Made by a program: the position numbers and the translations under genes
Part shown: piece by piece, positions 27,948 through 35,110 of the stretch
How positions within the stretch are numbered: position 1 is the stretch's first letter
How the letters are laid out: every line of letters starts with the position of its first letter
IMG/VR virus record: IMGVR_UViG_3300021963_004241
Span: 47,182-111,181 of that record
Length of the DNA: 64,000 nucleotides
Direction: 5' to 3' (one strand)
DNA from: a virus
The notes under the pieces: generated by a model
Seen by the model: only the letters and a program-made list of their open reading frames with translations
The model's database searches: none
What the model was told of the DNA's origin: nothing

Positions 27948-28046
27948 TGGTGCCTCCGGCAGGACTCGAACCTGCACACTCAGGCTTATCTGGCCTGTGC
28001 TTTGGCGAGGTATAAGCTCGCTTCTTTACCATTAAGCTACGGAGGC
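27948..28046 (-). tRNA. tRNA with TAT anticodon (Ile) and an abnormally long variable arm
   Basis: GCGAG-CTTATAC-CTCGC; ~29-nt variable region containing CAGGC/GCCTG; ACCA. Confidence 0.8.
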
Positions 28047-28051
28047 ATTTT

Positions 28052-28126
28052 TGGTGCATCGTGAGAGGGTTGAACTCCCGACCTTGGCCTTGTAAGGGCC
28101 CTGCTCTACCACTGAGCTAACGATGC
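28052..28126 (-). tRNA. tRNA-Val(TAC)
   Basis: Loop CTTACAA. Confidence 0.93.
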
Positions 28127-28348
28127 TTATTTCTTTTTCCCTATCTCTTTAGAAACTTTAGTTAGATACTGTTTCATTTCTTTATATGTAGGAAAATGAA
28201 GTTTGTCCCCTTGTATCTCAAGTACCCACATTATTTCGTCTGCGTCATGAGGGCTTTCAACTTGTTCTACTACGAAGTCGACATTAGGCAGTTTCTTTTC
28301 AAAGTCCGCCATGTCTTTGGTAAATTTTGCGAAATTAATCTCTTCCAT
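28127..28348 (-). CDS. Hypothetical protein
   Basis: AAGGA RBS before MEEINF. Confidence 0.65.
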   Translation of the reverse strand: MEEINFAKFTKDMADFEKKLPNVDFVVEQVESPHDADEIMWVLEIQGDKLHFPTYKEMKQYLTKVSKEIGKKK

Positions 28349-28357
28349 GATTATCCT

Positions 28358-28441
28358 TGGTGCCCCAGGAGAGACTCGAACTCTCACGCCTTGCGACATT
28401 GGCTTCTAAGACCAACGTGTCTACCATTCCACCACCGGGGC
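28358..28441 (-). tRNA. tRNA-Leu(TAG)
   Basis: TTGGT-CTTAGAA-GCCAA, variable arm. Confidence 0.95.
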
Positions 28442-28449
28442 ATAAATCT

Positions 28450-28477
28450 ATTATAGCAAATTACTTAGCTGTGTCAA
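28450..28477 (-). promoter_or_regulatory. Internal sigma70 promoter in the tRNA array
   Basis: TTGACA-16-TATAAT. Confidence 0.75.
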
Positions 28478-28646
28478 GTCTCTTTTCTAATTTTTTTAGA
28501 GTATCCTTGCGCATTAAGAATCGTCTTTCCTGACTAGGCCTATGAACGACGAGATATTCAACACCATCTATTACCTGCACATCTCGCGTGTTCTCACAAA
28601 CAAATTTTTCGTGATTAAGAATGTTTTCAAAAGTTACAGGCTTCAT
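28461..28646 (-). CDS. Hypothetical protein
   Basis: AAGGAG RBS. Confidence 0.7.
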   Translation of the reverse strand: MKPVTFENILNHEKFVCENTRDVQVIDGVEYLVVHRPSQERRFLMRKDTLKKLEKRLDTAK

Positions 28647-28657
28647 AATTATCTCCT

Positions 28658-28731
28658 TGGGGTGCCTTGGGGAATCGAACCCTCGCCTGCTGATTCACAG
28701 TCAGCTTTGCTACCACTACACTAAAGACACC
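28658..28731 (-). tRNA. tRNA-His(GTG)
   Basis: G-1:C73, loop CTGTGAA. Confidence 0.9.
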
Positions 28732-28737
28732 ATTGTG

Positions 28738-28811
28738 TGGCGGCGGTACCAGGGCTCGAACCTAGAACGACTGAGTCAAAGTCAGTTGTGTTACCATTAC
28801 ACCATACCGCT
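28738..28811 (-). tRNA. tRNA-Gln(TTG)
   Basis: ACTGA-CTTTGAC-TCAGT. Confidence 0.93.
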
Positions 28812-28816
28812 ATATT

Positions 28817-28892
28817 TGGTGCTGCCTCGTGGGATCGAACCACGTTCCTCGGTTCTTCAGACCGGTGCTATGACCACATCAGCTAAAGCAGC
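28817..28892 (-). tRNA. tRNA-Phe(GAA)
   Basis: Loop CTGAAGA. Confidence 0.92.
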
Positions 28893-28897
28893 AAAAT

Positions 28898-28973
28898 TGG
28901 TGGAGGCACAGGGACTCGAACCCTGAACCTACCGGTTAAAAGCCGGTTGCTCTAGCCATTGAGCTATACCTCC
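28898..28973 (-). tRNA. tRNA-Lys(TTT)
   Basis: ACCGG-CTTTTAA-CCGGT. Confidence 0.95.
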
Positions 28974-28976
28974 GTA

Positions 28977-29068
28977 TAGTCCGTATTAGATTGATTTACT
29001 GTGCCAACCCGGACCACACGGAGTACCGGGCGACACTAAGGTTTACCTACCTTCATGCCATTCTCCTA
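28977..29068 (-). other. Mini-ORF MKVGKP* (29056-29036) followed by a pseudoknotted hairpin
   Basis: AGGAG RBS; GTGTCG-CCCGG/CCGGG-TTGGCAC stem; loop TCCGTG pairs with TACGGA. Confidence 0.5.
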
Positions 29069-29150
29069 TTTTAAATTTTTGTCTATCCAAATTAATCCTA
29101 CTACAACCAAAATAATAACTGCGATCGCCCCATTTTGTTTTCTCCTTTAA

Positions 29151-29232
29151 TGGTACCCCTGCCCGGACTCGAACCGGGAGAAACTAACACTCCTTTTGAG
29201 AGAGCTGCCTTTACCAATTTGGCCACAGGGGC
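29151..29232 (-). tRNA. tRNA-Leu(CAA), short variable arm
   Basis: Loop CTCAAAA. Confidence 0.88.
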
Positions 29233-29235
29233 ATT

Positions 29236-29320
29236 TGGTGCGAGCGGAGGGTCACGATCCCTCAATCCCGAAGGCGGCAGATTTTAAGTCTGCTGTGTAT
29301 ACCAATTCCACCACGCTCGC
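29236..29320 (-). tRNA. tRNA-Leu(TAA)
   Basis: GCAGA-CTTAAAA-TCTGC; ATCGTGA T loop. Confidence 0.93.
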
Positions 29321-29327
29321 ATATTTC

Positions 29328-29403
29328 TGGCACCCCTGGAAGGAATCGAACCTCCTACTCCGATGTTCGTAGCATCGTACTCTGTCCAATGAGTTACAGG
29401 GGT
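29328..29403 (-). tRNA. tRNA-Arg(ACG)
   Basis: CGATG-CTACGAA-CATCG. Confidence 0.93.
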
Positions 29404-29405
29404 AT

Positions 29406-29480
29406 TGGCCGGCCTGGAGAGATTCGAACTCCCGACAGCTGGTTTCGAAGACCAGAACTCTTCCACTGAGCTACAGGCCG
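29406..29480 (-). tRNA. tRNA-Arg(TCG)
   Basis: CTGGT-CTTCGAA-ACCAG. Confidence 0.9.
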
Positions 29481-29483
29481 AAT

Positions 29484-29562
29484 TGGTCTGGATGGTAGGA
29501 TTCGAACCTACAACCTCGATCTTCCAAAGATCGCCGTCTACGCAGATTGACATTACACCCAG
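29484..29562 (-). tRNA. tRNA-Pro(TGG), second copy with atypical D arm
   Basis: CGATC-TTTGGAA-GATCG; D loop lacks GG. Confidence 0.8.
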
Positions 29563-29571
29563 GTTAAAGGA

Positions 29572-29795
29572 TTGTAGCCTAGCGTCCTCAGGTTCATCGC
29601 TAGTGTTTACGCATACAGAGCCGGACTTCCTTATGCGGAGGTTTTCCAGGACATGTTACTTGGGCTACTAAGCCAGGCGCTTCCACTTCAGCTACCGCCC
29701 GGAATGGACGGTGGGGAGTCGAACCCCCTCCTGCTCTACATTGTATTAAGTTTCGAACCTTTTTACAATGTGCTTTTTACTTGCTAACGCTACAA
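29572..29795 (-). ncRNA. ~224-nt RNA containing a circularly permuted tRNA-like domain (YrlA/Y-RNA-like topology)
   Basis: Ends pair (TTGTAGC/GCTACAA); internal order T arm > acceptor hairpin > D arm. Confidence 0.6.
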
Positions 29796-29798
29796 ACT

Positions 29799-29873
29799 TG
29801 GTGCCGCAGGGTGGGAACGATCCACCGACCTACGCCTTATCAAGACGTTGCTCTACCACTGAGCTACTGAGGC
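29799..29873 (-). tRNA. tRNA-Ile(GAT)
   Basis: ACGTC-TTGATAA-GGCGT; ATCGTTC T loop. Confidence 0.9.
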
Positions 29874-29883
29874 AAATTTTATT

Positions 29884-29958
29884 TGGTGGTAACGATAGGA
29901 CTCGAACCTATACCTTGCAGCGTATGAAGCTGTTGCACGACCATTATGCTACGTTACC
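29884..29958 (-). tRNA. tRNA-Met(CAT) elongator (Ile2 not excluded)
   Basis: Loop TTCATAC. Confidence 0.85.
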
Positions 29959-29960
29959 GT

Positions 29961-30035
29961 TGGCGGTCCCAAGGGGTAACGATCCCCTTCTTTCAGCGTG
30001 ACAGGCTGATGTGCGTCCATGAACACTTTGAGACC
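29961..30035 (-). tRNA. tRNA-Asp(GTC)
   Basis: TCAGC-CTGTCAC-GCTGA; ATCGTTA T loop. Confidence 0.88.
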
Positions 30036-30041
30036 TAATGT

Positions 30042-30131
30042 TGGCGGAAGCGGTGAGATTCGAACTCACGGACCATTTCTGATCGTCTGTTTTCAAGACA
30101 GGTGCAATAAACCGGACTCTGCCACACTTCC
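30042..30131 (-). tRNA. tRNA-Ser(TGA)
   Basis: Loop CTTGAAA, long variable arm. Confidence 0.93.
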
Positions 30132-30593
30132 TTCGATTTTAAATTTTGTTAGAATGTCTACACTCCAACGATAAGCATAACTAGTGCCATGCTCATTACT
30201 AAAGAATAATTTTTTACTGTGAGGTAGATCCATGTCTAGGATATAGACATGGTCTGGATCAAACTTAGGATCATTGAATCCTATGTAAACTTTTGTATCG
30301 TGTTTCTTAGCTATGTTTTTATAACTGTTATAGAATCGTTCATCAAAGCCAAAGTATCTTTGACCATACATTTCGTAACAGTTTCTTTTCTTAGCATCTA
30401 TAAAACAGATCTTTTCTGTCTCAGTATTGTAAAGAACATAGTCGGGAAATTGATCTCCGTCCTCGTCTCTATGTACGTCTCGGGTATCATTGACTTCCCA
30501 GTTTGTATTAGCGAAGTATTGGTCCATCCATTTCTCCATCTTGGATTCCCATACTTGGCCTACAGCTAATGATTTTCTAAATTTAATTCCCAT
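30093..30593 (-). CDS. PD-(D/E)xK nuclease-fold protein
   Basis: G..WE, FPDY...FIDAKKR. Confidence 0.65.
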   Translation of the reverse strand: MGIKFRKSLAVGQVWESKMEKWMDQYFANTNWEVNDTRDVHRDEDGDQFPDYVLYNTETEKICFIDAKKRNCYEMYGQRYFGFDERFYNSYKNIAKKHDTKVYIGFNDPKFDPDHVYILDMDLPHSKKLFFSNEHGTSYAYRWSVDILTKFKIEGSVAESGLLHLS

Positions 30594-30598
30594 ACTAC

Positions 30599-30627
30599 AG
30601 TGTATAGTATAAAAATTAGTTTGTCAA
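30599..30627 (-). promoter_or_regulatory. sigma70 promoter (leaderless) for the nuclease-like gene
   Basis: TTGACA-17-TACACT with 5 nt to the ATG. Confidence 0.65.
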
Positions 30628-30705
30628 TGGAGCACCGGGTAGGATTTGAACCTACGGTTTTATGGATTTGCAATCCACTGCATTGGGCCTCTCTGCCACC
30701 GGTGC
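30628..30705 (-). tRNA. tRNA-Cys(GCA)
   Basis: GTGGA-TTGCAAA-TCCAT, TCCA. Confidence 0.92.
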
Positions 30706-30710
30706 ATAAC

Positions 30711-30786
30711 TGGTACACGGTACGGGAATCGAACCCGTCTTTCCGCCTTGAAAGGGCAGCGTCCTCGACCGATAGACGAACCGTGC
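30711..30786 (-). tRNA. tRNA-Glu(TTC)
   Basis: CTGCC-CTTTCAA-GGCGG. Confidence 0.93.
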
Positions 30787-30883
30787 ATAAAAACTGCTAA
30801 GGGACACACAGGGCTGTTGTTTAAGAGTGAGCGGCGACTTTACGTAAAAGTCTCCTCCCGCAACTCTCCCATTAAGACTTTAC

Positions 30884-30958
30884 TGGCGTACCCCCAGGGA
30901 TTCGAACCCCGACTAGCAGTTTTGGAGACTGTCGTGCTGCCGTTGACACTAGGGATAC
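30884..30958 (-). tRNA. tRNA-Trp(CCA)
   Basis: Loop CTCCAAA, GCCA. Confidence 0.92.
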
Positions 30959-30964
30959 ATTCTT

Positions 30965-31049
30965 TGGTGGATGCGGCTGGAGTCGAACCAGCAGTGCCAG
31001 AGGCGGCGGATTTACAGTCCACTGGGGTTACCAATTTTCCTACACATCC
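30965..31049 (-). tRNA. tRNA-Tyr(GTA)
   Basis: Loop CTGTAAA, variable arm. Confidence 0.92.
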
Positions 31050-31140
31050 AAAAACTATTCTGAAATACACTGACGACAATATGCTATGCATCCTATTTCT
31101 ATGCGTCTAGGCTGTGGCCAATATGTTTTAGAATAGTGTT

Positions 31141-32024
31141 AAAGCTGAGATTACACTTTAACCAGTAACACCTCGAGCATTATACTGCACCTTGCGAGCA
31201 CAGCTTCTCTCGACATCCACATAAGCCCTTGCGGTACCTATGTCTGCTACCAGCATCGCCGTTTTTAAAGACAGGCAGTAGTCTTGTCGTCATACGCTAT
31301 TCTGTATCATCTATCCCGTTGACCTTGCGAGCCATTCAAGTGCGCTAACACTTTACGAAACTTCCAATACAAACTAGTATCACCTTGCGAGCTTTACTAG
31401 GCTTGATTCACTTGCGTGTCAAGCATTAGATGCTTTTCACGTATGACCGAGGCAGTCTTTGCATTTTTGTGTTGATAGTTGGAATCGAACCAACTGCCGT
31501 CTGTTTAACATACAGATGCTCTACCGAATGAGCTATATCGAACCTACCGTGATGAGCTACCTCTGTTGCTCAATAATCTTTTGGACTACTGAATACAACT
31601 CACCACATACCTTTTGTCTTGCGGACTACTCAGTGATGTTTCACGATCGGTGTCCTGCATCAAAACAGTCCACTAACCATTAACATTGCACACGAGCTCT
31701 TGACTGCAACATCTCGAACCAATGCACTACCCTTTCTCATACCTGTTCGCAAGTTGGTTTTGTTAGGAAGTCAGCACCACCTGTTACTTTTCATACGCCC
31801 AGGTTCCTTACGGCCTGTCGACGCACATTCTTTCCCTAACACTTGCTTCACAGTTACATCCACCGGTCTTATCAGTGAACGCTACCTCGCGGTAGTGAGC
31901 AGGCTTGTTTACGTGAACCATTGCTGGCGCTAGTATGTAGGCATTCTAGCTTTGGCTGTGTCACCACAGTTATTCTTCGTAACGCTGGGCGAACCATACG
32001 CTACAGGACAATAAACTGCCCTAA
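31141..32024 (-). ncRNA. Giant structured ncRNA, GOLLD-like
   Basis: ~880 nt without a credible ORF, more GC-rich than the flanks, six C-GCAA-G plus other GNRA hairpins, own promoter, located in a phage tRNA array. Confidence 0.7.
31470..31543 (-). tRNA. tRNA-Asn(GTT)-like element embedded in the giant RNA (no CCA, bulged acceptor)
   Basis: GCTC-ATTCGGTA-GAGC, TCTGT-ATGTTAA-ACAGA, GTTGG-TTCGATT-CCAAC. Confidence 0.65.
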
Positions 32025-32030
32025 GTCTCT

Positions 32031-32058
32031 ATTATATACAAGTTATTTTACTTGTCAA
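32031..32058 (-). promoter_or_regulatory. sigma70 promoter for the giant RNA
   Basis: TTGACA-16-TATAAT. Confidence 0.8.
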
Positions 32059-32306
32059 TACTTTTTGGTTAAACACTCTTCCCTATGGTTTTAGACAGCG
32101 TCAGGGGCTGAATGAAGAGTGTGTATTAAAGTGCTCTATGTACGCTATGCGCCGCCTTGTTCAGAGGTCGATAGAACACTTTAATACGCTACCATTTTAC
32201 GCATCTAGGTTGTCGCCCTAGACTTACCATCCGGTAGGCCGCCCACATTAGTAGCAAGATTTTTATAGTGCCCTGCAGGGTCGCGTTCCCTATCACACTT
32301 CGCGTT

Positions 32307-32465
32307 CTACGAAAGGTCTTCCTTACGTTCCCGCACTTTGTCTAACGAGTAAAAAAATGTGTTTCTTTTCACTTTAGATTCAATTAATTTCTTAAATTGT
32401 TCTTCAGTTAAAACAAATCCTTCACTGTGCTCAACTTTGTAATCGTCATCTATCTCAAATTCCAT
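32307..32465 (-). CDS. Small hypothetical protein (52 aa, MEFEIDDDYKV...)
   Basis: AAAGGA RBS just after the attenuator terminator; read by eye. Confidence 0.55.
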   Translation of the reverse strand: MEFEIDDDYKVEHSEGFVLTEEQFKKLIESKVKRNTFFYSLDKVRERKEDLS

Positions 32466-32479
32466 CTGTTCCTTTCGGC

Positions 32480-32514
32480 AAACAAAAACCCCAGGGTTTT
32501 TAATCCTGGGGTCC
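32480..32514 (-). terminator. Intrinsic terminator of the putative attenuator
   Basis: GACCCCAGG-ATTAAAAAC-CCTGGGGTT-TTTGTTT. Confidence 0.85.
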
Positions 32515-32537
32515 TTTTGAAGTTTGTGTAGTTTTGT

Positions 32538-32681
32538 TTACGCTACACGATCCTCCGAGGACCCCGATTCTGGTGTACGATCATTAGATAGACTAATCTC
32601 ACATACAGACCAATATGAGGGCATAAAGCCTCCCAACTGGGCTATCTGTTTCGCTTGTCTATGTAACGATAATTGTTTCAT
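32538..32681 (-). CDS. Putative attenuator leader peptide (47 aa, all 20 amino acids)
   Basis: MKQLSLHRQAKQIAQLGGFMPSYWSVCEISLSNDRTPESGSSEDRVA*; lies between tandem promoters and a terminator, and its 3' end forms the antiterminator. Confidence 0.7.
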   Translation of the reverse strand: MKQLSLHRQAKQIAQLGGFMPSYWSVCEISLSNDRTPESGSSEDRVA

Positions 32682-32720
32682 TTGCTTTTCTTTCCTTGTG
32701 CTGTTTCCAGCGATGTTCTT

Positions 32721-32811
32721 ACTATAACAACTGTTAAGAAGCTTGTCAACCTATTTTGGCATTCTTCCTAACCATTGCAAAAATTATAATGTAACTTTAT
32801 TTAGTTGTCAA
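32721..32811 (-). promoter_or_regulatory. Tandem sigma70 promoters heading the tRNA array
   Basis: TTGACA-17-TATAAT (32811-32783) and TTGACA-17-TATAGT (32749-32721). Confidence 0.85.
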
Positions 32812-32893
32812 TCTAAAAAGTACACTATAATGTGGTATTTTTACAACATTCTAAATATTGTACACAGTTATTTATGTTCTGTAAATACACTGG

Positions 32894-33868
32894 ATGATGA
32901 ATTACGAAAAAATTTCTTGGCAGTCTATAAAATCGTTTGGTCAACAAACAATGTTAGATCGTCCACTGTTCAACATAAGTTGGATACTGGGCAGGTTCTG
33001 CAATTACAAATGTAGCTACTGTTGGCCCTACGCCAGAAGCGATCAACAAGACTACCAATCACTTGATGTGTATAAGAATACAATTGATCAAATTAAAAGT
33101 CAAGCCCGTTCGAACGGATTCACAGAGTTCCATTGGAGCTTCAGCGGCGGCGAGCCAACTGCTTATAAACATCTAAATGACTTAGTCAAGTATTTGGACG
33201 AGAAGGAAAGTTCCTATCAAAGTGTGCATATGACTACTAATCTTAGTCCGGGAAGCAAATGGTGGAACACCTGGTGTAGTAATACTTGTTTATTACAAAG
33301 AAGAAGCATCACAGCCAGCTTTCACGAGGAGTTTGCCAAAGAGCAAGAGTTTGGAGACAAGTGTTTGCAACTAATGTATGAGCGTGTGCATGTAACTATC
33401 AATCAAGTAATGGTGCCTGATCGATTCTATGAGCTGTATGAACGCTGCGATCGATTCCACAGGAAAGGTATCAACGTCACATTGAAACCCCAAAGTGATC
33501 CTACTGCTAGCCGTGTAGTAGAAGGGTACACTGACGAAATGATAAAGATTATGCAAACAGGATTTCCCCAAAGATCTGAAGATGAAAATGTATATCAAAT
33601 CCGTTTAAACAACGGAACAACAGATTATTACTTTGATCAAGCAGAAAGATTTAATGCTTTTGGATTTAATAAATTTAAAAATTGGACCTGCAACAGCGGG
33701 TATCAAAGTCTAGTGATCAGAGGAAATGAAGTAAAACGTGCTTACAGTTGCAAAGAAGAACCCTTAGGAACTTTGGAGGATTTCCAAATTTTTAAAGAAC
33801 CTAAGGTCTGTGTAACAGAAACTTGTGTAAGTTCAGCAGACAGTAAAATACCAAAAAGAATACAATGA
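32894..33868 (+). CDS. Radical SAM protein
   Basis: CNYKCSYC, SGGEP, C-terminal Cys cluster. Confidence 0.9.
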   Translation: MMNYEKISWQSIKSFGQQTMLDRPLFNISWILGRFCNYKCSYCWPYARSDQQDYQSLDVYKNTIDQIKSQARSNGFTEFHWSFSGGEPTAYKHLNDLVKYLDEKESSYQSVHMTTNLSPGSKWWNTWCSNTCLLQRRSITASFHEEFAKEQEFGDKCLQLMYERVHVTINQVMVPDRFYELYERCDRFHRKGINVTLKPQSDPTASRVVEGYTDEMIKIMQTGFPQRSEDENVYQIRLNNGTTDYYFDQAERFNAFGFNKFKNWTCNSGYQSLVIRGNEVKRAYSCKEEPLGTLEDFQIFKEPKVCVTETCVSSADSKIPKRIQ

Positions 33869-34542
33869 TTTGGAATCAATACTTTAAATTAGATGAGCAG
33901 GGCAATCGCTGTATGGCCCAGCAGACCTATGAACCGTTAGTTAGCGAGGATGGCAAAACTTTTTGTAAAAACTACGATCAGGATAACGAATACCAAAAAT
34001 TAACAGGATACCCGAGACCTTTGTATACTAGAGAAGTAGTTGATTGGTTTTTTAATAACGAAATCAAATGGTTAGAATTTTTTAAAAATAAACCATATGC
34101 TCCAGAAGTTGTTGACATAGATTTAAAAAATAAAAAGATCTACATCAAATGGTATAACGAAACCTGTAATCAAATTATGTATGGTGGGAAGTTTTGGCCT
34201 AAAGATATTTGGAAACAACAGATAAAAGACATAATTAAAGATCAATACCGAGATGGTGTATACAAACTCACGATGTATCCGCACTGCCATTACATCGATG
34301 ATCAAAATAACATGAGGGCGATTGATTGGTACGGATGTGTTCCTGTATCAGACCCTTTTGTAGAAGCTGTTTACATGGACGGAATCATACACGAGACAGC
34401 TAAATTTAGATTAGACGAAACAGGAGATCAGATCGACCATAGATACAATCTTGAAATCATGTTCAAGAATAGTTTAAGATCTCACGTCCTCTGGGGAGAA
34501 GAAAACATGAGTTTCATTTATAAGGATCTCTTCAATGCCTAA
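33865..34542 (+). CDS. Protein-kinase-like-fold protein (divergent)
   Basis: FCK, NEIKWL, APEV, AIDW; paralogue of 38195-38890. Confidence 0.5.
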   Translation: MIWNQYFKLDEQGNRCMAQQTYEPLVSEDGKTFCKNYDQDNEYQKLTGYPRPLYTREVVDWFFNNEIKWLEFFKNKPYAPEVVDIDLKNKKIYIKWYNETCNQIMYGGKFWPKDIWKQQIKDIIKDQYRDGVYKLTMYPHCHYIDDQNNMRAIDWYGCVPVSDPFVEAVYMDGIIHETAKFRLDETGDQIDHRYNLEIMFKNSLRSHVLWGEENMSFIYKDLFNA

Positions 34543-35110
34543 GTATGTAGGTTCCACTGAAAATTTAATAGACTGGGGAAGCATTGTAAAAATATGCAAG
34601 TCCAGGAATGATGGTGACTTTAATTCTGTAACCACAGTAGTTGATAGATCTGAATCTAGCTGGCAGGAGGATCAGGATCTGTTAGGGTCTTATAGAGAAG
34701 TTATAAAAATTTGGACCGATGCTGGATATGCCTTAGAAAAAATACAGTGGTACGATTACTATCCAGGAACTCATTTTGATATAGAGGTACAAAATAAATT
34801 TGCAGATCTAGTCAATGCAGATCCAAGAAGGGTATTTGTTAGCGAACTATGGCCAGGCCGATGTGTTCCATACCACTGGGATGTAGAAGACAAAGAGAAA
34901 GAATGGTTAGCCGAAGGCGATCTAGTTCGTTACGTTTGCTTTATGGAGAAGCCTCAATTTGGTCATGTGTTGATAATTGAAAATGATATTTTTTATAATA
35001 CCAAACAACACGATGTATGGGAATGGGACAACTATAGGAATTGGCATGCTGGAACTAATTGTGGTTCAGAGCCCTATTACCTATTTCATTTTTTAGGAAA
35101 ACCTAGATGA
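34535..35110 (+). CDS. 2OG-Fe(II)/cupin oxygenase-like
   Basis: PGRCVPYHWD...WHAGTN (HxD...H). Confidence 0.7.
   Translation: MPKYVGSTENLIDWGSIVKICKSRNDGDFNSVTTVVDRSESSWQEDQDLLGSYREVIKIWTDAGYALEKIQWYDYYPGTHFDIEVQNKFADLVNADPRRVFVSELWPGRCVPYHWDVEDKEKEWLAEGDLVRYVCFMEKPQFGHVLIIENDIFYNTKQHDVWEWDNYRNWHAGTNCGSEPYYLFHFLGKPR

Noticed and set aside
29066-29133. Small membrane peptide (AIAVIILVVVGLIW)
   Set aside because: The ATG after the RBS is in a different frame (MGRSQLLFWL*), so it would need a frameshift.
29572-29795. Functional two-piece tmRNA
   Set aside because: There is no recognisable tag reading frame, a D stem is present and no CCA is encoded; kept only as a tRNA mimic.
23688-31933. Track ORFs overlapping tRNAs/ncRNAs (e.g. 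23688, 24806, 28621, 29284, 29405, 30646, 30840, 31459, 31700)
   Set aside because: They are chance frames across GC-rich RNA genes.
31141-32024. RNase P RNA, rRNA fragment or group I intron
   Set aside because: It lacks the GAGGAAAGUCC and other hallmark conserved elements, and there is no interrupted host gene.
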